A stretch of DNA of 64,000 nt from an uncultured Acidimicrobiaceae bacterium (GTDB taxonomy: Bacteria; Actinomycetota; Acidimicrobiia; Acidimicrobiales; Palsa-688): the NCBI GenBank assembly GCA_963750465.1, contig CAVVRE010000007.1, positions 21,818 to 85,817 of the forward strand, read 5' to 3'. This document shows, piece by piece, positions 9,770-19,291 of this stretch. Below the pieces are notes generated by a model, which saw only the letters and a program-made list of their open reading frames with translations, did no database searches and was not told the DNA's origin. Every line of letters begins with the position of its first letter. Position 1 is the stretch's first letter. The translations under genes were made by a program, and so were the position numbers.

Positions 9770-10983
9770 CTACCCGGGCACCTCTAATTGCGCCCACGGG
9801 GAGCTGTAGCCCCCGGCCAGGAGGTCGAGGAACGGCCTCGAGTCAAAGGCTTCCGGCCCAAGCACGCCACTCCCCGTCCACGACCCGTTGTCGATCAACT
9901 CGAATGCGACGACAGGATTGACCGCCGTCTGCCACACCACCGCCTGCGATCCGTACTCGCGCATGGACCACTCGTTGTCGACTACGTGGTAAAGGTACGT
10001 GGACCGGGGCTGGCCGTCCTTGCCCGTCCCTCGGCCCAAAGCCCAGCACACGTTTTTCCTGTCATACGGTCGCCGAGCGTGGCCGGGTCGGGCAGGGCCG
10101 CCGCCACCACATCGCGCGGGCTGACCTCGACCTCGCCGACCCGCACCCTGTCGGTACGGTCCAGGCCGAGCTTGTGCAGCACCTTCAGGACGTCAATGAA
10201 GTCTTGGCCCAATCCGTATTTGAACGTCACCCGCTTGACGTCCAACCACCGGGGAATTAGAAGGACCTCTTCATGCTCGACGTTGACGCACTCGATTGGG
10301 CCGATACCGTCAGGGAAATCGAAGGTCTCGGGTTCGCTGAACGGTTCGGTCGTGTACCAGCCCCGCTCCTTCTCGTAGATCACTGGGGGGTTGAGGCATT
10401 CCTCGATCGTCGCCCAGATCGAAAACGTCGGGGCGAATTCATAACCCTCGACCACCAGGTTGGCGCCATCTCGCACGGCGGCGTCGTCGAGCTCGCTGAA
10501 GAGGTAATCGGCGGCGTAGCGGGCGAAAACGTCGGCCAGGCCAGGTTCGACCCCCATGCCCACCAAAGCAATACGTCCGCTGTCCACCCAGTCGTCGCTC
10601 AACGCGAACTGGTCGTCACCCAGCTTCACCCCGGTCTGGGAGTAAGGATCGGTTGGGTGCGGCTTCGACATGGACATGGCCATGTCCATGTAGTGCACTC
10701 GGCTTTCGAGCGCGGCCCGGAATATCGGCATGGTGAAACGGGGATCGGTGGCCCCGAGCACACCATCTATGCGGTACTCAGTGATAAAGGCGACAAGACC
10801 AGCCTGATCGGAGGCGTCCAGCTGGGCGGCGACGAACCTCTTGTCGTCGACCGCCTGAACGGCCTTCTCCGCTCGCGACAATGAGTAATCCGCCACTACC
10901 ACCTGGGAGGGAAAGTCCCGACGGGCGGCGATCCGAGCTGCGGCGCTGCCGACGCCGCCGGCCCCGACTATGAGAATGCGCAT
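9770..10983 (-). CDS. Saccharopine dehydrogenase-family NAD(P)-binding oxidoreductase, with an apparent frameshift at ~10035
   Basis: N-terminus 'MRILIVGAGGVGSAAARIAA'. The C-terminal Sacchrp_dh_C-like region 'STYLYHVVDNEWSMREYGSQAVVWQTAVNPVVAFELI...GVLGPEAFD' lies in the other frame (ORF 9770..10051). Confidence 0.7.
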
Positions 10984-11277
10984 TAAGCGAAACCATACTC
11001 CGCGCTGGACTACCCGCTGGACTACTCACCGTGCTCCCCACCGCTTTCCCGTCGGCGCGGCTACGAGCTGCAGCCGATGACGTTTGGCACTCACCGGTTC
11101 GGGGACGTTCACGGCCCTCATTATGCCTATCGGGCCGCCGCCCTGACCGCGCTGGGCCGCCGACCGGAGGGCCACGGGCGCATGGCGGCCATATTCGCGA
11201 CCTGGGTCCAAAAACGTGGCCCGGTAGGCATGTAATGCGACCTAAGTCGGCGCAGCGGGCGGCGCCAGCCGGGTCGA

Positions 11278-11345
11278 CCGGGTTCAAATGGGCTCAAAGT
11301 GGGCTCCGCCGCGCTCAAACCGGGCTCAAACCGGGCTCAAAAGAG
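11278..11345. repeat. Degenerate ~10-11-bp tandem repeat (CCGGGCTCAAA-like, ~6 copies) inside a 900-bp non-coding gap (10984-11888)
   Basis: 'gggttcaaat gggctcaaagt gggctccgcc gcgctcaaa ccgggctcaaa ccgggctcaaa' read directly. Confidence 0.6.
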
Positions 11346-11888
11346 CCGAGAAGCCAGGTACGCCGTGTCTGGCAGCGGCCCCGGTTGGGCCGGCGGCCCA
11401 TCACCGTGCTGGTCCAGTACAGGTCCCCATGTTCAGATCGACGCGGGACGTCCCCTCACACCCCGGGCGTCAATGGGACCGGCCCCCGAGGCGAGCTCGT
11501 CGGGAGGCGGGATCGAGCGCAGGTACCCGGAGACCAGCGCGATGCCCGTCCTCGCCAGGGCGGCGGATTGTGCGGGCCCATCCGCCCTGGACGCCATGGC
11601 CAAGGCCCTGCCTGGGAGAACTAGGGCGGCCGACGACCAGAACGTGGCGCGCTGCCCAGCGAAGATGGTGTCCGGCCCTCGTTCCAGTCGGAGCGCCCGA
11701 TTCCCTTGTTAGAAAAAGCTGCCGCGGGTGTCGATATCGAGGGGGCCCCAATCGTCGTCATGACAGAGGTGCCCGGGACTGGTCGAAAGGAGACCGCGGA
11801 CCGCCATGGAACGGAGCCAGCGGCCGCATCCCTCCTCAAGCTGTCCGGGCTCCTCTTTTGATGGCACCATTAGACGAGGAGGAAACCA

Positions 11889-12236
11889 ATGCGGTACTTG
11901 CTCATGATCTGCGAGGACGAGAAGTGGCTGGACGGTTTGAGCCCCGAAGAAGGAGGGTCGATCCTGGCCGAGTATGGCACTTTCTGGAAGGAGATGGCCG
12001 AGCGCGGCGTACTGGAAGGCGGCGAGCGGCTTCGGCCCACAAGCGATTCGACGTCCGTGAGGGTCCGCGACGGCGAGGTCCTGACTTTCGACGGGCCGTT
12101 CGCTGAGACCAAAGAACAGGTGGGCGGTTACTTCGTCGTTGACTGCAAAGACCTCGACGAGGCGATTGAGGTGGCGGCCAAGATCCCCGGGTCGCGTTCC
12201 GGCACCATCGAAGTGAGGCCGATCTGGCCGATGTAA
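11889..12236 (+). CDS. YCII-related / DGPF-domain protein
   Basis: '[11 protein letters not shown]...[33 protein letters not shown]' is the canonical YCII/DGPF signature. RBS GGAGGA lies upstream. Confidence 0.8.
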   Translation: MRYLLMICEDEKWLDGLSPEEGGSILAEYGTFWKEMAERGVLEGGERLRPTSDSTSVRVRDGEVLTFDGPFAETKEQVGGYFVVDCKDLDEAIEVAAKIPGSRSGTIEVRPIWPM

Positions 12237-12256
12237 GGTGCGGCGTCGAGGCCGAG

Positions 12257-13477
12257 GTGGCCCGCTCGTTCAGGGACGAGTGGGCCCGCGTCCTGGCTTT
12301 TCTCATCCGCTTTACAGGTGATTGGGACCTGGCCGAAGAGTGCACGCAGGAAGCTTTTGCGCAAGCGCTCGTGAAGTGGCGACGAGATGGGCTGCCCCGC
12401 AACCCGGGCGCTTGGCTTACGACAACGGCCCGCAACCGCGCCCTCGACGCCGTTCGCAGGACCAGCGCGGGTACGTCGAAAATAAAGGAGCTGGCGCTGT
12501 TGCACCCCCAAGACGGGGCCGGGCCGGTGGACGAGAGTGGGATCGGCGACGATCGTCTGCGCCTCATCTTCACCTGTTGCCACCCGGCTTTGCCTTTCGA
12601 GGGCCGAGTAGCCCTCACGCTACGAGCGCTTTCGGGCCTGACTACGAGCGAGATCGCAAGGGCGTTCCTCGTGCCCGAGGCGACAATGGCCCAAAGACTG
12701 GTGCGAGCCAAGCGCAAGATCCGCAACGCCCATATCCCTTACCGGGTCCCACCCGGCCACCTCCTGCAAGAACGCACGACGGCGGTGCTGTTTGTCGTTT
12801 ACCTCTTGTTCAATGAGGGTTACTCAGCTACGAGGGGGGAAGACCTCATGCGGGCCAACCTCTCCGACGAAGCCATCCGTCTTGCCCGCCTCCTGGCCCA
12901 ATTGATGCCAGACGACCCCGAGGTACTGGGGTTGCTGGCCCTCCTCCTACTGACAGACGCCCGCCGGCGGGCTCGGGTCGACGACAGAGGTGACCTCGTA
13001 CCGCTGGAGGAACAGGACCGGTCGCGCTGGGACCAGGACGAGATTGCTGAAGGGCGGGGCTTCCTCGAGGCGGCCTTGCGGCGCCGGCACCCTGGCCCAT
13101 ACCAGGTCCAGGCGGCCATCTCCGCTTGCCACGATGGGGCCGCCGACGCCGCGTCAACAGATTGGGCCCAGATCGTCGCTCTTTATGGCGAGCTCCTCAG
13201 GATGGTGCCCTCTTCGGTCATCGAGCTCAATCAGGCCGTGGCCCTGTCCATGGCTCGCGGGCCCGCTGAAGGGCTCCGCGCCATCGATGTGCTGGAAACG
13301 TCGGGCCGGCTTCACGACCACCATCTGCTCTACTCGGCCCGGGCCGACCTGCTGCGCCGCATGGGGCGCTACGACGAGGCCGCCGCCAGCTACGGCCGCG
13401 CTCTACGGATGGCGACGAATGGTTCTGAGAGGCGCTACCTAAGCCGGCGCCTGAAAGAGTCTGCCGCGGCTCGGTGA
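12257..13477 (+). CDS. ECF sigma factor with a long TPR-like C-terminal extension (ECF42-like group)
   Basis: Sigma-70 region 2 '[19 protein letters not shown]' and region 4 '[31 protein letters not shown]'. A ~220-aa C-terminal extension follows. The adjacency to a DGPF/YCII gene is the described ECF42 context. Confidence 0.8.
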   Translation: MARSFRDEWARVLAFLIRFTGDWDLAEECTQEAFAQALVKWRRDGLPRNPGAWLTTTARNRALDAVRRTSAGTSKIKELALLHPQDGAGPVDESGIGDDRLRLIFTCCHPALPFEGRVALTLRALSGLTTSEIARAFLVPEATMAQRLVRAKRKIRNAHIPYRVPPGHLLQERTTAVLFVVYLLFNEGYSATRGEDLMRANLSDEAIRLARLLAQLMPDDPEVLGLLALLLLTDARRRARVDDRGDLVPLEEQDRSRWDQDEIAEGRGFLEAALRRRHPGPYQVQAAISACHDGAADAASTDWAQIVALYGELLRMVPSSVIELNQAVALSMARGPAEGLRAIDVLETSGRLHDHHLLYSARADLLRRMGRYDEAAASYGRALRMATNGSERRYLSRRLKESAAAR

Positions 13478-13510
13478 AAGCCTGCGGCCGTCAGCGAGAC
13501 CGGGATCGGC

Positions 13511-14122
13511 TCACCACGTACCGGCCCAGTCCCGCCGGCGCACCTCGAAAAGGGCAATGGCGGCGGCCGTGGCGACGTTCAGGCTGCCGACGCGGCCCGA
13601 CTGGGGGATGAAGGCGACGGCATCGCAGGCGGCGAGGGTGCCGACGGTGAGCCCGTGGTCCTCGTTACCTATGGCGATGCAGACATCGGGCCCAACCGAG
13701 AGCTGGAAGAGGGGCACGGCGTGGTCGGCCAATTCGAGGCCGACAACCGCGAAACCGTCTTCGCGAGCGGCATCCGCGGCGTCCGCCCCCCGGTCGAAGG
13801 TCGACCAGGACAGGTACCGCTCGGTGCCCAGGGCCGTCTTGCCCGCTTTGGCTGCCGCCGGGGAGGTTGTCCCGCCGGTCAGGTAGATGTGCTCGACCTT
13901 GAACGCCGCCGCCGTGCGGACTATCGACCCCACATTGAACGGCGAGCTGACCCCATCGAGCAACAAGGCGACGCGGCCCGTCGACCGCCGGGCCCAATCC
14001 CGGTGCAGCCGCTTCAGGTCCGTGGGCCCGAGCTTTTTCACTGGCCCGTCCCACCTTTCGCCGCTCTTCCGACCTGGAGCACCCGGTACCCGGATTTCGA
14101 CGCCTCCCGCCTGACGTCCCAA
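13511..14122 (-). CDS. TrmH/SpoU-family RNA 2'-O-methyltransferase
   Basis: 'VALLLDGVSSPFNVGSIVRTAAAF...IAIGNEDHGLT...SGRVGSLNVATAAAIALFE' SpoU motifs. Confidence 0.8.
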   Translation of the reverse strand: MGRQAGGVEIRVPGAPGRKSGERWDGPVKKLGPTDLKRLHRDWARRSTGRVALLLDGVSSPFNVGSIVRTAAAFKVEHIYLTGGTTSPAAAKAGKTALGTERYLSWSTFDRGADAADAAREDGFAVVGLELADHAVPLFQLSVGPDVCIAIGNEDHGLTVGTLAACDAVAFIPQSGRVGSLNVATAAAIALFEVRRRDWAGTW

Positions 14123-14656
14123 CCCTGCTCCTCCAACCAGACGCCCAGCGAGTCAGAGCCGAGGTGGCGGTTCATGACCAGCCACGCGCTCGGCGGCCGG
14201 GCCCAACCTGTCCAACCAGGTGGAGAGCAGGTCATGAAGAGCTTGCTTACCGACCCTCACAGGAGGATTGGACCAGATGCCGCCGAAGACCAGACTGGCC
14301 GGCACCTGTTCAGGAAGGGCCGTCTTGACGTTGGCCAGGCCGTTCGCCGCGGCGTTGGCCGCGGTGAGCTGAAGGGCCCGGGTGTTGATGTCGACGGCCC
14401 ATACTCGGGCCTCTGGCGAACGGCGTCCGAGCACGCAGGCAATCGGCCCGTAACCACAACCGAGATCCAGCAGCTCACCCGCAGGTGGGGGCCACGGCGA
14501 CTCCCTGAGCAGGGCCATCGTCCCGGGGTCGACGCGGCTGCCCGAGAACACCCCCCGGTCGGCCTGCAGGCTGAGCTCCATATCAGGCAGGCGCAGATCG
14601 ACGGTTACCGGTTGGGACGGTGCGGACGGCACAGCGGAGAAGTAATGGTCGCCCAT
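14038..14656 (-). CDS. Class I SAM-dependent methyltransferase, RsmC/methyltransferase-small-domain-like, with an apparent frameshift near 14200
   Basis: 'LLDLGCGYGPIACVL...VWAVDINTRALQLTAANAAANGLANV...VFGGIWSNPP'. The C-terminal 'AWLVMNRHLGSDSLGVWLEEQGWDVRREASKSGYRVLQV' lies in the other frame (14038..14235). Confidence 0.6.
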
Positions 14657-14686
14657 CGGCGGCCGAGCCTAATGGTTCCTGCCTCC

Positions 14687-14756
14687 TGGCCCAGTGAGCC
14701 CGGCCCAGTCAGGCCGGGCCAGTCGGGCGGGCCCAGTCAGGCCGGGCCGGTGAGGG
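14687..14756. repeat. 14-bp GC-rich tandem repeat (CGGCCCAGTCAGGC-like, 5 degenerate copies) in the divergent region between the rsmC-like gene and def
   Basis: Units read at 14687, 14701, 14715, 14729 and 14743. Confidence 0.7.
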
Positions 14757-14806
14757 CCCTCCGCCACCACCGGCGGATGGGCCACCTACCCGTACAATGT
14801 TGCGCC

Positions 14807-15325
14807 ATGGCTCCCTACAGGATCCGGACTTTCGGCGACCCGGTGCTCAGACGCCGCGCCCTGGAGGTTACTGAGATCGATGGGCGCATCGCCAGGCTGG
14901 CCGAGGAGATGCACGCGACCATGAAAGAGGCGCACGGCCTCGGTCTGGCCGCCCCGCAAGTGGGGGTCTCCCGCAGGTTGTTCGTGTACGAGATCGGCAA
15001 TAGCGGTCCTCGCACCCTGGTGAACCCCGTCATCACCGAGCGGGACGGCGAGTGGGAGCATCAAGAGGGGTGCCTGTCTGTGCCGGAGCTATATTTTCAG
15101 ATCGAGCGGCCCCGACATGCGCACGTAACGGGCTACGACCTGGACGGACGCCCCGTCTCGATCGAGGCTGACGAGCTCGAGGCCACGCTCTACCAGCACG
15201 AGGTGGACCACCTCGATGGTCGGCTCCTCCTGGAACTGCTCGACGGCGACCAGCGCAAACAGGCGATGGGAGAACTGCGGCGCAGAGCAGAAGCGGTTGG
15301 CCAGGGGGCGGCACCCCGCACGTGA
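14807..15325 (+). CDS. def: Peptide deformylase
   Basis: 'GLAAPQVGV', 'GCLSVPE' and 'HEVDHLDG' motifs. Confidence 0.9.
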   Translation: MAPYRIRTFGDPVLRRRALEVTEIDGRIARLAEEMHATMKEAHGLGLAAPQVGVSRRLFVYEIGNSGPRTLVNPVITERDGEWEHQEGCLSVPELYFQIERPRHAHVTGYDLDGRPVSIEADELEATLYQHEVDHLDGRLLLELLDGDQRKQAMGELRRRAEAVGQGAAPRT

Positions 15326-16185
15326 AGCTGGCCTTCCTAGGGACCCCGGAGGTCGCGGCCGGGACGCTGCGAGCGCTCGTCGCCGCCGGCCACGACGTCG
15401 TGGTCGTAGTGACACGGGCCGACACCCGTCGGGGCCGCGGCCCGGCTTCGAGCCCGAGCCCGGTCAAGTTGGCTGCGGCGGAGCTGGGGCTGCGCGTCGT
15501 GCACCGGGCCGCGGAGGTCGTAGGCTTCGGGCCCGAGCTGGGCGTGGTGGTGGCCTACGGCCGGATTATCAAGCCGGAGGTGCTGGCCGAGGTGCCCATG
15601 GTCAACCTGCATTTCTCGCTGCTGCCTCGGTGGAGAGGTGCCGCCCCTGTCGAGCGGGCCATCCTGGCCGGCGACGCCCGCACCGGCGTGTGCCTTATGG
15701 AGCTGGAAGAAGGGCTCGACACCGGGCCGGTGTACGCCCGTGCCGACACGGCCATTGGCCAGGACGAGACGGCCGACGAGCTGCGCCAACGCCTCGGGAG
15801 CATAGGCAACGAACTCCTCCTGCGGTCGCTGTCCGAGGGCCTCGGTGCTCCGGTCCCTCAGGTCGGCGATCCCATCTATGCCGCCAAGGTCGAGCCGGCC
15901 GAGCTGCAGCTTGACTTCTCCCTGCCGGCAGAGGTCGAAAACCGGGCCGTCAGGATCGGTCGAGCGTGGACGACCTTCAGAGGAAAGCGCTTGCTGGTCC
16001 GCAGAGCGCACGTCCTCTCTGACCAGCGAACCCTTTCCCCGGGGCAAATCCAGGGGAACAAAGTGGGGACGGGTCAAGGCACCCTCGAACTGCTCTTGGT
16101 CCAACCGGAAGGCAAACCGGCCATGGACGCCGAAGACTGGGCCCGGGGCGCACGTCCTCGCGCGAACGAGCGGCTCGGCGAATGA
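15322..16185 (+). CDS. fmt: Methionyl-tRNA formyltransferase
   Basis: 'MKLAFLGTPEVAAGTLRAL...NLHFSLLPRWRGAAPVERAIL'. The GTG start overlaps the def stop. Confidence 0.9.
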   Translation: MKLAFLGTPEVAAGTLRALVAAGHDVVVVVTRADTRRGRGPASSPSPVKLAAAELGLRVVHRAAEVVGFGPELGVVVAYGRIIKPEVLAEVPMVNLHFSLLPRWRGAAPVERAILAGDARTGVCLMELEEGLDTGPVYARADTAIGQDETADELRQRLGSIGNELLLRSLSEGLGAPVPQVGDPIYAAKVEPAELQLDFSLPAEVENRAVRIGRAWTTFRGKRLLVRRAHVLSDQRTLSPGQIQGNKVGTGQGTLELLLVQPEGKPAMDAEDWARGARPRANERLGE

Positions 16186-17348
16186 CGAGCGCGGTGAACA
16201 GGCCGACCGCGACGGCGCGCGGCGTCGCCATCTCGGCCTTGATGGCCGCGGAGGACGGCGAACGGGCCAACATGGTCGTCCCGCACCTGCTCACGACCTC
16301 GGGCCTGGACGAGAGGGATAGAGGTTTCGTCACCGAGCTGACCTATGGGACCCTCAGGATGTGCCGAGCTTGCGACTGGCTCATAGGGCAGTTCGCCCAC
16401 GGTCAGCTCGAACCACAGGTCAGGGCGGCGGCCCGGGCCGGCGCCTACCAGCTCGCCTTTATGAGGGTACCGGCGTACGCAGCCGTGTCGGCAACGGTGG
16501 CGGAGGCCCCCAGCCGGGCCCGGCCGCTCCTGAATGCCGTCCTTCGCAGGGTCGCCAGCCTGGTTGAGGCGGGCCCGATCGTGTGGCCGGACCTCGGGAC
16601 CCGGCTCAGTTACCCCGACTGGATGATCAGGCGCCTCGGCGAAGATATAGGCCCGGAGCGCGCCCTGGCCGCTCTGCAACAGATGAACGTGGCTGCGTCT
16701 CCGTCGGTGCGAGCGGACGGGTATGTGCAGGACCCCGGCAGCCAGGCGGTAGGGGAGTACATGGCGGGCTTGGTGCAGGCGAGCCCGGGGCGGGTCCTGG
16801 ATGTGTGTGCGGCGCCGGGAGGCAAGGCCACCCAGCTCGCCCGGGCCGCCCCTTTCGTAGTGGCGGCTGACCTGGCCCCACCACGCGTGAAATTGGTAGC
16901 CGGCAACGCGGCGCGCCTCGGGCTGGAGAACGTCGGCGTGGTAGTGGCGGACGGCACCGAACCGCCCTTTCAGCCGTCCACCTTTGCCGGAGTGCTCGTG
17001 GACGCGCCCTGTACTGGTCTGGGGGTGCTCCGGCGCCGGCCTGACGCCCGCTGGCGGGTGCGCCCGGAGGATGCGGAGCGTTTGGCCACCCTCCAGCGGC
17101 GCCTGCTGTCGGCCGCCGCGCCCCTGGTGATGCTCGGCGGCGTGCTCGTGTACAGCGTGTGCACCCTGACCCGGGCGGAGACCGTCGACGTCGACGCGTG
17201 GCTGGCGAAAGCGCTGTCGGCCGGCTGGGCCGAAGTGGTCCCGCCCCCGGGGCCGCCCTGGGAGCCGCTGGGCCGAGGTGCGTTACTGCTCCCGCAGACG
17301 GCCGGCACCGACGGGATGTACGTCCTGGCGCTGCGCCGGAACACCTGA
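16182..17348 (+). CDS. rsmB: 16S rRNA (cytosine967-C5)-methyltransferase RsmB/Sun
   Basis: NusB-like N-terminus, then 'VLDVCAAPGGKATQLA...DAPCTGLGVLRRRPDARW...VYSVCTL'. Confidence 0.85.
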   Translation: MTSAVNRPTATARGVAISALMAAEDGERANMVVPHLLTTSGLDERDRGFVTELTYGTLRMCRACDWLIGQFAHGQLEPQVRAAARAGAYQLAFMRVPAYAAVSATVAEAPSRARPLLNAVLRRVASLVEAGPIVWPDLGTRLSYPDWMIRRLGEDIGPERALAALQQMNVAASPSVRADGYVQDPGSQAVGEYMAGLVQASPGRVLDVCAAPGGKATQLARAAPFVVAADLAPPRVKLVAGNAARLGLENVGVVVADGTEPPFQPSTFAGVLVDAPCTGLGVLRRRPDARWRVRPEDAERLATLQRRLLSAAAPLVMLGGVLVYSVCTLTRAETVDVDAWLAKALSAGWAEVVPPPGPPWEPLGRGALLLPQTAGTDGMYVLALRRNT

Positions 17349-17464
17349 GCCTTTGCAGACGACGGGAGATTCGGCCATGATGACCCGGTGGCGGCCGAGC
17401 GCGAGATCCCGGAGGCGGCTACGACCCCGATAAGCACTGCGATAGGTAGTTCGCTGCTACCCGG

Positions 17465-17941
17465 GTGCCGGCCATGAGCTACCAGGCGAAAGTGCTCACG
17501 GTGTCGGACTCGGTCATGCGGGGCGAGCGTGAAGACGCCAGCGGTCCGGCGGTGGTCAAGGCCCTCCAGGACGCGGGCTTCGAGGTAGTCGAGCAGTCCA
17601 CCATCTCCGATGGGGTCGCGGCAGTGGCCGGAGAGCTGACGCGGTTGGCGTCGGGTTTCACGGGTCTCGTGGCCACTACCGGTGGCACCGGCTTCAGCCC
17701 CAGGGACCTCACGCCCGAGGGGACGGCTGAGGTGGTTGACCGCCCTGCGCCCGGCCTGGCCGAGGCCATGCGCCGTTCGAGCCCCATCGCGCCGCTGTCA
17801 CGGGGCATGGCCGGGATAAGGGGCCGGGCTGTGCTCGTCAACCTCCCTGGCTCTCCCGCAGGCGCGCTCGAGTGCCTGGCTGCCATCATCGGCCTCCTGC
17901 CCCACGCCATCGGCGTGTTGGCGGATGAGCAACCACACTGA
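17465..17941 (+). CDS. mogA: Molybdenum cofactor biosynthesis protein MogA/MoaB family
   Basis: 'KVLTVSDSV...GGTGFSPRDLTPE...VNLPGSPAG'. Confidence 0.8.
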   Translation: MPAMSYQAKVLTVSDSVMRGEREDASGPAVVKALQDAGFEVVEQSTISDGVAAVAGELTRLASGFTGLVATTGGTGFSPRDLTPEGTAEVVDRPAPGLAEAMRRSSPIAPLSRGMAGIRGRAVLVNLPGSPAGALECLAAIIGLLPHAIGVLADEQPH

Positions 17942-18004
17942 CCTGCTCAACGAACCCCGGTAACCGACGCGAGCGGCGGCCCGCGGCGCACTAAGGTCGG
18001 GCCC

Positions 18005-18880
18005 GTGCTCCGCCTCGTACTGCCAAAGGGATCCCTGGAACGCGCCACCATCGAGTTGTTCGAGGCGGCCGACCTGGCCGTATCGCGAAGTTCGGACGTT
18101 GACTACAGGGCGAGTGTGAAAGACCACCGGATATCCGAAGTCCGCATCCTCAGGCCACAGGAAATCCCGCGTTATGTGGCGGACGGTCTTTTCGACATCG
18201 GGATCACCGGACGTGATTGGGTCGAGGAAACCGGCGCGGACGTCGTCTCTTTGGGTGAGCTGTCGTACTCGAAGGCGACGTCCCAGCCCATCCAGGTGGT
18301 CCTGGCCGTGGCCGCCGATGCCCCGTGGGGGTCAGTGACAGACATGCCTGACGGGGTAAAAGTCTCTACCGAGTACCCGTTGTTGACGGAGCGCTATTTT
18401 GCCGTCAATGGGGTGAAGGCCGATGTCGTCCTCTCGTACGGGGCCACCGAGGCGAAAGTGCCCGAGATCGCCGATGCCGTGGTGGAAATTACCGAGACGG
18501 GCCGGGCGCTGAAGGCGGCCGGGCTCAAGGTGATCGAGACCATCCTCGTGTCTCACACCGAGCTCATCGCCAATCCCGATGCCTACCAACGCCCCGAACA
18601 GCGCAAGGCTATGGAGGACATCAACACGTTGTTGCAGGGCGCATTGAAGGCCCGCGGCCGGGTACTGGTAAAGCTGAACGTGGAAGCGGCGGATCTCGAC
18701 GCCGTGGTGTCGCTGCTGCCGGCGATGCGGAGCCCGACCGTTTCGGAGCTGTTCGGCGGCGGGAGTTATGCGGTCGAGACCGTGGTGGCGAAAGACTCGA
18801 TCAACAAACTGATCCCGGAGCTGAAAGACGCCGGCGCCTCGGACATCATCGAGCTCCCCATTAGCAAGATCGTCGCCTGA
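18005..18880 (+). CDS. hisG: ATP phosphoribosyltransferase, long form with C-terminal regulatory domain
   Basis: 'LRLVLPKGSL...ADGLFDIGITGRDWVEE...' and a regulatory C-terminal domain. Confidence 0.9.
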   Translation: MLRLVLPKGSLERATIELFEAADLAVSRSSDVDYRASVKDHRISEVRILRPQEIPRYVADGLFDIGITGRDWVEETGADVVSLGELSYSKATSQPIQVVLAVAADAPWGSVTDMPDGVKVSTEYPLLTERYFAVNGVKADVVLSYGATEAKVPEIADAVVEITETGRALKAAGLKVIETILVSHTELIANPDAYQRPEQRKAMEDINTLLQGALKARGRVLVKLNVEAADLDAVVSLLPAMRSPTVSELFGGGSYAVETVVAKDSINKLIPELKDAGASDIIELPISKIVA

Positions 18881-18914
18881 CCGGGCGGGCGTAGGGTAGG
18901 GGCGAGAACAGCCG

Positions 18915-19127
18915 GTGAACGGCCCGCTGACGGGAAAGGTCGACAGTTTCGACAAAGAGGTTGGGCTCGGTCAGGTGCGGGCGAGCGACCGACGGCTATA
19001 CCCATTCCATTGCACCGAGATAACTGACGGTTCGCGCGAAATCGCCGTCGGGGCCGAAGTGGCGTTCGTCCCGGCCGCCGGCCACAAGGGCCTGGTAGAA
19101 GCAAGAGCCCTGGTCAGCGTCCGTTGA
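18915..19127 (+). CDS. Divergent cold-shock-domain-like small protein
   Basis: 'MNGPLTGKVDSFDKEVGLGQV...PFHCTEI.DGSR.I..G.EVAFV...KGL' aligns with CspA ('MTGIVKWFNADKGFGFI...VFVHFSAI..DGYKSL.EGQKVSF'). The RNP aromatic residues are replaced. Confidence 0.5.
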   Translation: MNGPLTGKVDSFDKEVGLGQVRASDRRLYPFHCTEITDGSREIAVGAEVAFVPAAGHKGLVEARALVSVR

Positions 19128-19291
19128 CTGGCCCTGTGGCCAGGCCAAAAGGACGCCTGCCGCGGCGCTAGGGCGGGCCACCGGTCAGCCAGGGTTCTTG
19201 GGCAAACGGTTACAGTGCCTTCAGGAGTTCCTCACACTCCCGGCGGCATTATGTCTGGGCAAAGAGGGCTCGGTCTGCGGACAGGAGTGTT

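Noticed and set aside
9046-9921. 291-aa Arg/Pro-rich ORF
   Set aside because: It is an alternate frame of the epimerase gene. Its composition is typical of spurious high-GC ORFs.
11288-12106. 272-aa plus ORF across the 900-bp gap
   Set aside because: It is Arg/Pro-rich junk overlapping the genuine YCII gene in another frame.
13655-15325. 556-aa plus-strand ORF
   Set aside because: Only its last third (14807-15325) is real (def). The rest is an antisense read-through over the TrmH and RsmC-like genes, typical of high-GC DNA.
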